Positions 54,470 to 64,000 of a DNA stretch of 64,000 bases are shown here, piece by piece. The notes beneath the pieces were generated by a model, which ran no database searches, had not been told where the DNA came from, and saw only the letters and a list, made by a program, of their open reading frames with translations. Where the stretch lies: contig CM022671.1 in NCBI GenBank assembly GCA_012295275.1, positions 2,976,001-3,040,000 of the forward strand, read 5' to 3'. Each line of letters begins with the position of its first letter. Within the stretch, counting starts at the first letter, position 1. The translations under genes were made by a program, and so were the position numbers. The DNA is from Chrysomallon squamiferum (lineage: Eukaryota > Animalia > Mollusca).

Positions 54470-57400
54470 TATATAAAATGATAAAGAAATATGAGCAATT
54501 TACTATTTAATAATCTATTAGTGCACATCTAAAAATAACTGCTCCAAGTGACAACAAAATAGAAGGAATGTGCAAAGACTGAATCAACAATGAATCAATT
54601 TATTAGTTTACTAATCCACATTATACATCATACACAACTAAAAGCTCTGAATTATTACAGCAACATCTTTCTGAAACCGAATTCCAGGTTGAGGACATCG
54701 AGGTTGATGACTTCATTGTCTCTAGTGACATCATCATCAGCCACTGACCTGACAAACAAGAAAAATATTAAAACCTTAGTCACATCCAAATGTTTGTATG
54801 AAAACACACAGAAAGAAAACATCACAATATAGGTATATGTTGTTGTTTTTAAATCACTCCTTCACGTGTTTCTTTAAAATATAACAAGTAAACCACTAAA
54901 TAAATTTTTAGATATTTGCATACTTACATTGATTTATTTATTTGTTGTCTCAAACAGTGCCTATATTGATGCTAATAAATAGACTACGTATATTACAAAG
55001 AATTAAAATATATCTTTTAACTAGCAAGCAGTCTTTGTTAATAATATAGTATAATTTCAATAATGTAATAATACTCCAAGTATGTTTATTTTTTATGTAT
55101 CTGTGACATCATGTTTATTATATACCAAAATATAAAGAACTAGGAAGAGATATAATTATTTATAGTTTAGCTTTCTAATAGAGCTTTTAACAAAAGGTTT
55201 AAGGTTTATAAGTTTAATACATACATAAACCATATAAAGGTATTATGGTATAAAACATTATAAAGAAGTTGTTACCTTTATTTCTGTTAATAATTACTTA
55301 GAAATACTGACTATAAACTTCTTATCTTTATACCAACCTGGGATTTTTCTTTTTTGTCTTAACTGGATCAAAGCTCAAATTTGCTCTAATCTCTGATACA
55401 ATCTGTTAAGGGAAAAAAAATATTATGAATAAATACAAAAAGGATTAAAATAGAATTTTTAAATGTTCTCAAATATCTGATTTACATAACTGACTAATTT
55501 TTTTTTTTATATCACTTTGACTAACAAGTAATTTTACAGAACAATGAAATAAATTGTAATATATGTTTAATTAAAAAATATAATAAAAACTGCATTCACC
55601 TCAACCGCATCATTAGATATAACAGTCTGTAGGAGAAATTTAACAACTATTGGAAGATCTTTCATTTCAACTGAGTCCAGTGTTCTGATCACAGAGTTTC
55701 GCACCTGTTCAAAAATACAGTTATATCTCTGAAAATGTTGTGTAAACCTCTAACATTCAAACTATGTCTTTAACTTTTAGACTACGGGATTAACATTGAA
55801 CAAAAACTGTGCCAGTGAGTACATTAATGTGCAAATGTATTATTGTATTGTAACATTTAGACTACTGGAACAATGTAGGATAAAACTGGTGTACATTCAT
55901 TCATCTATTTTGACTGAAGAATTTCATGTCTTAATCTTGTTAAAAATTCAGTCAAATCTTTTTTTATTTTTTATAAATGTGATTTTATTTTTGCACATTT
56001 ATGATTTGCTTGCATCAGTATTTATGTCCATTATTTTGATTCTTGTAATACTTTGAAACTGCTTAAAATAAATAAATAAATAAACAAATATGATTCAAAT
56101 CCAAATGTTTTAACTTTACAAGAAATAAACAGTAAAATTTGAGCTCTAAATTTCTATAAATTTTTACTTCGGTCAGTAATTCTCATTTCAATGCCAAGTT
56201 TGAAAGAGCATCCAGAATAGGAACTGTCAGCTGATTTCCTTCCAGTAAAATATCTCTGAAATAAATAAATACATATGTTTTCTTATTAAAATATAAAATG
56301 GTATAAATTAAATAAAATAAATAAATAAAAAAGTGAAAGAAAAAGGAAAAAGAAGTGTAAATTAAACCATACAAATATGTAAAGAAAAAAAATCAGAAAA
56401 AAAGCAACAGAATAATATTTAAAAAACCCAGAAGAAAAACCAAAAAATATTCTGATAAATGTGAAATAATAATTACTAGCATAAAAAAATGTTTCAGATA
56501 AACAATTAAATTTCATTAATATTTTCCAACTTATTAAACTTGGCTGTTTTTGAAAACACAGTTTACTTTGAAGTACCTTAGAGTTTTAGCAACATCTCCA
56601 TGTTCTGTATCTTCAACAACCTCAGGCAAACAACAGATCACTTCTCTCTGAACATCTAATGACGTCACAGGAATTATCTCTAATAGCTTCATAGTCAAAT
56701 CCTGTAAAAGTCAACAGTTTGTAAACAACCAATTTATTTTTAAACCATTTCAAAATCAAATCTTGAAACAATCAAAGGATGCTGAAATCTTAAATACTTT
56801 CTGTATGCCTGCGTGTGAGAGAGGCATAGATATGAAAATTAATTTTCAGGTAAAGTCAGATACTGTGAATCTAAATTACTTTATCTATCTGTAAATGAAT
56901 GTACATCTGTGCCTGTGTGTGTATATGTGACATGTATTATCTTAGTTTCAAAATCAAATACTGAAACAGCCAAAAAACATTCAAAATACTTTATTTCACT
57001 TCAAGTATGCATGTGCACATGGATATCATTTGAAAACTAGTTTTGAAACCAAATCCTGTAACCGTCAGATTTACCAACAAAGAATGTTTAATCTGTCCAT
57101 GTGAATATTTTGTATGTCACTGTTGTCAAGTCATAAAACAATCAACAGATAAAAGAGAAATAAAAGATGAATTAAAAGGACCCTGAAACTTGCTGATATA
57201 AACAAAAAGAAACCTTGCTGCAGATAACACGATCCAGCCATCGAAACTGACTAAGCAGAAGACGTGGAAAAGATACTTTTTCTCCATGATCAAAAATATT
57301 ACTGTAAAATGAATAGAAAATAGTTTTAATTAATTACTTGTACTATGCATCTATTCAGTATTTAGATTCCATTATGAAGTCTGTCTGGTTGTTAGCTGAG

Positions 57401-60400
57401 TCAAACTAGTGTTCAATTTAGTCTGTGAACCCAGTTTTGTAACTGACAAATTAATTAAAACAAATTTCTATTTATTAAAGACATGTTTCAGTAAATAATT
57501 TAATTATTTAAGGCAATAAAACTATGTTAATATTTTAAAAAGATAGATGTGTGATTTTTAAGAAAATGAAGTCTTTCTGATCACTATCAAAAATGAAGAA
57601 TGAATGAATAATATTTTAATAACATCTTAAATTTGTTTTTATTAAATCATTGTGACGTCATTATAAAGTCTTTGTAATAGCAAAATGATATAATCATTTA
57701 ATTAAACACACTAATGTAAATTGTAATCACTTACTCTTCTTCTCCAACAAACTCAGGAAGCTTTTCAAGTAACAGACACACCAGTTTAGGCTAAATAAAA
57801 AAATATTAATAAAATGTAGAAATTAAACATGAAAAAAATATATATATAAATTATAAATCAATAAAGAATTAAAATATGAAAGTTAGTTAAAGACATCAAT
57901 AAAGATAAACAATAACTATCTTGATCTGGGTTTTTTAATCATTATCATTATCATTATTTTTTTTGAATCAATAAAGAATTAAAATATGAAAGTCTGAAAT
58001 TAAAACAAGTTAAAGACATTAATATTTCCAATTGGATATAATCAGTAAATACAAACAAGAGCTGTCTTGATCTGTTGTGAGAATAATGATAATGTAAAAC
58101 TTTGTAAATGAGTTCCTTAAATAATAACTATCATGTTCAATAAATGCAGAACACAGTTGTATTTTGTAGATTTCAAAGTGAATTTCTTGTCAAACGGTAT
58201 AAGTCTATTTTATGTACTTTCAAATCAGTTCTGCTTCCATTCAAAGTCTATCCCTACTTATACTCACAGAGTCTAAATAGTTTTGAAAATTACTTGAAGG
58301 AGCTGATTTATTTAATAACAGTATAAATATATTTCAGATTTAATATTTTTTACTTGTATTAATTTATTCATAATTTATTGTAATTAAAATAACACAATTT
58401 TACCTGTATAATATCTATGCCAAGTAGAATTCTCACCAAACTATTCTGAATAGATGATCGAGCACTTAAAAAAAGAGAAAAAGATATATATAGACACACA
58501 CACACACACACACACAAATACCCACACACACACAGAGAAATACCCAATGATTTTATAAAATATTTGCCAGCAATACTAATTTAATAAAATTTGTGACATT
58601 TTAAGATTTCTTGTTATTATTTGCATGTTATATATATATATTTTTTCAAACATTTTATTTAATATCACATGATGTTAATATGACCAATCAAATTAACTAT
58701 CACAATGTCTGAAAATAAGGAGAGAAAGTAAAAAGAAGGTAACTACATCTTGTACTTTTTATTGTTACATTTTTTAAAATTATTTTCTTTGCTGTAAATA
58801 AAGACTGACAATAAATAACATGTCTGAGGAAAAGCAGAGACTGGTAGTTTCTCTATTTTCACAGCTGTGCAAATTCTAATGTTAAAGTAAACAGATGAAA
58901 CAATGCTGGATCCATTCTTCTGCTGGAGATTCTTTATATTTCTAAACAAGGAAAAATGGCGTGTTCCACACTTCTATTACATCATTATATTATTTCCATC
59001 CTTCATTATTAGTAAAGGTTTAGACTTAGTCAAAACAAAATACTTTGAAATGTACCTGTGTTATTATTCTTATTTTTTTATATTTTAAGTTTCTAAAATC
59101 AAAATGCAGCACATACCTTTCACAGTCCAATGATGTAAGTGTTGGCATCAAACTTTTATAAAATCTAATTTTGAAAAACAAAAGGGATAACATTACACCA
59201 TTTAATAAAAAAATATATATTAAAACTGGGAAAGAAGCATTCAATAATAACATCTTGATACATTTTAATATCAACTATCAGAAATCTTCTGCATATATAC
59301 CATTCCACTAATTAGCAACATGAATCTTTAATATGATAAATTACATAGGTACCACAAACTTTAATATTTCAGTCATTGAGAATTGGTTGGAACATGATAA
59401 AGTCAAAAAAGAAAAATATAAAATTATAAATGAAAACTAATATGATCAGTATTTAGAAGAGACATTTACCTTTACAGATATTTAAAATATTTAATATAGA
59501 CTAAACAAAAAATTAAACCTATACACCTTATCTTAAGTAGTTTAATAAAAATTATCTACATGTATGCAGTTTTATATATTATAATTTATTACTTAAAGAA
59601 AAACACACAACTTTTTATTTGTCTTTAATCATGCAATTTTCTGTTCTACTAGTGATGAAAAAGCTACATTCTAGTTGATCTATAATTATCTTGTGAGAAT
59701 AAGAATGTGGGTGTTTACACACACACATATAAATGCATACATACATAAATATATTTAAAATCATTCTAATTTTAACAAATTTCAGGGGTAAAATATTATT
59801 TTAAATAAAAATAACTAATGATTGTTACCTTTCAGATTTTTCAATATAATCTTGAAATCCTTGTAAAAATCTTCTACAACCTTCCAAAATAAAATTAATA
59901 ATAATGTACACACATTATAAAGTCACAAAAATACAAAAAAGAATATACATCTTCAACAAATTAATAACTGCAGGGCAGAAAAAAAAAAAAAAAAGGCAAA
60001 ATGATTTTACAAAATTGAGAACCAGTTTTACCCACAACATAAAATCTGAAAACACACTAATTAATAAAAATAAAACTATAAATAAATTATTTCTATTAAG
60101 AATTATACTTCTATATTTTTGTTTTCTTTTTATCACAGTTTTACACTTGTACTGGTAAACACATAAAATTCCAAAACATGTCTGGGATTAACAGATTAAT
60201 ATTTTCACACAACACCAATGGGAACAAATTCCAATACTTAGTTTTATGATAAATAGTTACTTTTATTTTTGGCATATTTTAATACTAGTACCCCATTTCA
60301 AACTTCTTCAGAAAAAGCATTTCTACAGAATAACAGAAATTAGTTTTTATATACACATTTCAAAAAGAAATAATATTTTGAAAAAACTGAAAAGTTGAAT

Positions 60401-60877
60401 GAAGGATATATGAAAGAAATTCTTAATATTTCCAAGATTTTCTTTCTGTCATTTTCCGGTGTTTGTTTCCAAATTTGTAATCAGTAGCACAAATAGTGTT
60501 CATGCAGTATCTGCCAGAAAATGTTATCTGTGTACATGAACTTTCTTTTGCAAAAAATTGAAACATTTGTCTGAAAATATACATTTTGTTTTTACATTTT
60601 CTTAATGGTTGAATCAAAAATTAAAAAAATGTATTAATTTCTTCAAATTTTCACATTTTTTTGTGCTTGTGTGTCCCCTTAACCAAACTAAGAAAATAAT
60701 TAAATAAATACATCAGGATAACTGTTGTGTCTCTTCAATGCTGTGTTAATATTTCTCTGAAACACTGCCTGGTCCACACCTGAAACAAAACAAAACATTA
60801 AAATTAACACAATATTCAGAACAAGCAGCTTGTGCATCAGTTGTAGCATGAAGGAAGAACAGTTTAAATAAATATTT

Positions 60878-60913
<36 letters not shown>

Positions 60914-63873
60914 ACATGTTTTATGCATACTTTTAAGGACCTTAGCAACAATAACTCAATGAGTTAGGAAATACGGAACCAGTGACCTATTTTTTTCAGC
61001 AAGAAGGCAAAGTTTTACACATATCTTTCCACAAATATGAAAATGCAAATTTTCATTAGTAGTAAAATGTGTGTTTAATAAAGTCACCCTATTTGATAAA
61101 TTATAAAAATACTTCAATTAAACTAAGAATTTCTGTGGACAAATGGCCTAAACATTATATACAGATTAAAGACAAAAAATAAAGTACAACAACTTGGAAC
61201 CTTTCACTGTGATGTTACTGTACTGAGATTATGTTGTATTGTGTTGTGGTATGTTTTGTTATTTTAACATCTTAACATATAAAACGTCCTCAGAAAATAG
61301 AGAGAAAAAAACAAAAGACAATTATTAGAAAAGGATGAGTTCATGAAAATTATGTTTTACAAACTGCTTTTATAAGGTTTATTTGTAACACTAAAGGTGT
61401 ACTTTAAAACATTTTTTTTTTTTTTTAAATCAGCCAGCATTTAATGTGGATACTATATCATGGTTTTGATTGTTTAACAAAGAAAAAAAAATGGAAATAT
61501 TATGTCCCAAACGTTTATATAATTTTATACACATACATAACCTTTACTTGTGTACAAGTCATGTCTTGATACAAAATTAATTAAATGCACATGGATATAC
61601 TGAACACTGGTGGTTTATAAAAAAATCTGCTGTTCTGCATTTATTGACTTTCATTTTTATTATAACTATTATACACAAAGGTGAGTGGGCAAGAACACAT
61701 ATAAAATTTCTATTAACTGATCAGTATAAAGTTGGCAAAATAAACTCTGTGTTCCAAATCCTACGTGCACAAGTCTTATCCCAACTTTCAGTAATGAATT
61801 AATCTACAACATGTGGCTATAAAACCTTTTGAATATGATCACTGTGAGTGTTCATATACAAAATAAAAAATATCTCCTGTCTGATTATTTATTGTAAACC
61901 ATACAAATGTTACCTATTTCATTATTTATCTTTCCCTGCACTAAGCGTGAAACCTGCTTTATAAACCATCTGAGCAAACAGAGACTTGTCTGTGTAAATA
62001 TCATCAGTTACCTCCTCTTCATTTCTCCGTTTCTGTTTACTCCCATCTGAAATAAATTACTAAACATTACAAACATACTAACAACTTAGACATCATCTCA
62101 CAATACAACATAAATCAAAAAGACTAAACTTTGGTGTATTGGTTTGTTCATAAACTACAGTTAAAATACACACAAATAAAAAAAGACATATGGCAATAAA
62201 ATAAGTGAGGGGTTTTTTTTTGTTTTTTTGGAGGATACAGTAGTTAAAGAAGAGATTAAATAATTTACTTATTTAGTCTTTTTCAGTTTCAATTCATTAT
62301 TTGTATATTGATCTTTTACACAAGCAAACAGACTAAACATACAGATAGATCAAAACTGAATATCTGTAAATTTTAAAATTTAAGCATTTCAAGAACAAAA
62401 CATTTAAAAACACAGGAGGAAATGAAAGTGGCTGCACTCTTTTCAAGGTGAATTATGTTATAGCTATACTTTTTTATTATTTAACCAGCTTTACAGGTTA
62501 TTGTTTTTTATTTTTTTTATTTCCATTATTAGTATTTATTGTAAAATTTTCGGAATTACTAATAAAATATCTTTTTTCTAAATATAAGTGTTGATTTTTA
62601 TTTATTTTTTTGTGCATAGCTTTGTTTTATTTTATATAATTTCTGGTGCATGGACAACTTGGCCTGTGGATTCTTGGAACAAAATTTGTAGAGATAAATC
62701 ATGCATGTGACAGTCATAATGTTAGCTGTGCATAGTGTAGAGTCCATGCCATAGCTTATTATAATAACAGTATCAGATGGGTTTCTAGAAAAGTATAAAG
62801 TAATAATAATGGCCATTGTACTGTTGGTAGACATGATCATGAAGTACCTAAAGCATAATCCACCCCAAAGTGCTCTTTATTATATTAAAATATGTTTGTT
62901 TTCCTTTAACTGACATTTTGGCTTAAGGTGGGACTATTTCAAAACCAACAGAAACAGATTCATTTATTCAAGAACAGTTTTAATTTAAAAAAACACTTTT
63001 AAGTTATAAGATTCTGTCCGTGTCCCATTTTTTCAGAACTGTGGGCTGAGTGGTTCCCTTTGGCCAAGCTGTTTGACATTCCCAGTTTATAATTTACTAC
63101 AATCAGCCAAAGATTGATTTACATTTAAACAAAATGAAAAAACACATATCAAACCTAAAGATGAAGAATTTTTTTCTTTTTGTTTTCTGCATTTTTCTGG
63201 AAAATAAAAATAATATATATAAATTAATGCTATTAATAATGTTACATGCGACTGTAATTGAAACAGAAATACAGATAGAAAAAATAAATAGCAATAATAA
63301 TTATTAAATTATTAGAACAATAACAGTTTTATTGTCTGAAAGTGAAAAGATTATATTTTATTTATTTATCATTTTTTTTTTTTTTTTTTTCTATAAATTC
63401 TATTATTATTATTGTAGTAGTAGTAATAGAACAATAAATTAGTTTTATTGTTTGAAAGGATTATATTTTATTTTTTTTATATAAATTCTATTATTATTAT
63501 TCTAGTAGTAGTAGTAATAGCAGAAATTTAATTTAAAAAAAAAAAAAAATAAAAACGTTTGCAGGTTTCGGGCCAAAGATCTGATCTGCGAGTATGAAAA
63601 CTACGTGTTCGATTGAAGGCATCAGTATACTATAACATAACATGATTATGATGATAATTATTACCAATTTACATCATTACAATGTAATTTACGTGTCATT
63701 GTTTGTGGTTTATTCGAGTCCTTGTTATTTGTTATCATTATCATATTATGTTTAAACTAGTGTCGTAATGACTTTAGAAGTTTAGCACTTTCTTTAGAAA
63801 GATAGGAAAAAGATTTTGTTTTCCAAAATTTCACATATATTTACAAACATAATCAATCCACCACTGGACTAAC

Positions 63874-63971
63874 CTTTCAACTAGAATAAATAAACATTTT
63901 ACTCTTTAACTGAATGTGAAAGTTATTTCCGAATAAAAATTATTTCCCGCGTTTTTATATTCTGCTTCCGG
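63874..63971 (-). promoter_or_regulatory. Putative FANCD2 non-coding first exon and promoter (E2F and ETS motifs)
   Basis: Strong donor AAAG|GTTAGT at 63873. TTTCCCGC at 63943-63950 (E2F consensus) and CTTCCGG at 63965-63971 (ETS) in otherwise CpG-poor DNA. FANCD2 is an E2F target in mammals. Confidence 0.5.
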
Positions 63972-64000
63972 ATTTTCATTATGCTAATTTCTAAAAAAAC

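Larger units (their letters stand above)
39430..62046 (-). pseudogene. FANCD2: Fanconi anemia group D2 protein gene, multi-exon and apparently disabled (unprocessed pseudogene or heavily erroneous assembly)
   Basis: Diagnostic peptides: [88 protein letters not shown]. Exons (-): 61914-62046, 60712-60779, 59829-59880, 59117-59164, 58404-58464, 57735-57790, 57214-57301, 56577-56701, 56168-56255, 55600-55704, 55338-55402, 54659-54748, 53197-53370, 52759-52893, 52411-52471, 50866-50985, 50498-50577, 49887-50012, 48682-48785, 48063-48178, 47612-47720, 47027-47132, 46552-46624, 46166-46266, 45789-45870, 45226-45342, 44886-45014, 44412-44530, 43935-44048, 43415-43542, 43141-43244, 42579-42701, 42136-42229, 41690-41760, 41089-41127, 40677-40826, 40207-40353, 39735-39830. 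The terminal exon (below ~39656) and the first coding exon are unresolved. Identity is very secure; pseudogene status rests on ~9 lesions. Confidence 0.9.

Noticed and set aside
44412-56255. Rescue of FANCD2 stops by A-to-I editing, readthrough or selenocysteine
   Set aside because: This could not repair the frameshifts, the 4-nt duplication or the missing exons.
62598-62840. 80-aa minus-strand ORF as the FANCD2 first coding exon
   Set aside because: No FANCD2 resemblance and no convincing phase-1 donor.

Overview
AT-rich, microsatellite-rich, intron-containing animal genomic DNA; an invertebrate such as a mollusc is my inference only. (1) 1-21.4 kb: non-coding and built from nested duplications. 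A young ~10.2 kb tandem duplication sits over an older ~2.6-3 kb module, with Mutator (MULE), Tigger/pogo and piggyBac-like relics. The modules carry repeated splice-donor and NF-kB/STAT-like motifs. (2) 21.4-28.5 kb (+): a gene with four coding exons and ~1789 aa. It encodes 11 near-identical FN3 domains in one exon, a further divergent FN3, a septin/AIG1-like TRAFAC P-loop GTPase, coiled coils and a Cys/His-rich domain. A decayed paralog follows at 34.2-36.3 kb. (3) 39.4-64 kb (-): FANCD2, with 38 exons traced by hand. Splice sites are largely intact, and a likely E2F/ETS promoter is present. It carries about 9 disabling lesions: 3 in-frame stops, 5 frameshifts, and loss of the exons containing the monoubiquitinated lysine (human K561). 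It is therefore apparently a recent pseudogene. Exon boundaries were read by eye; human FANCD2 comparisons are from memory and need alignment.
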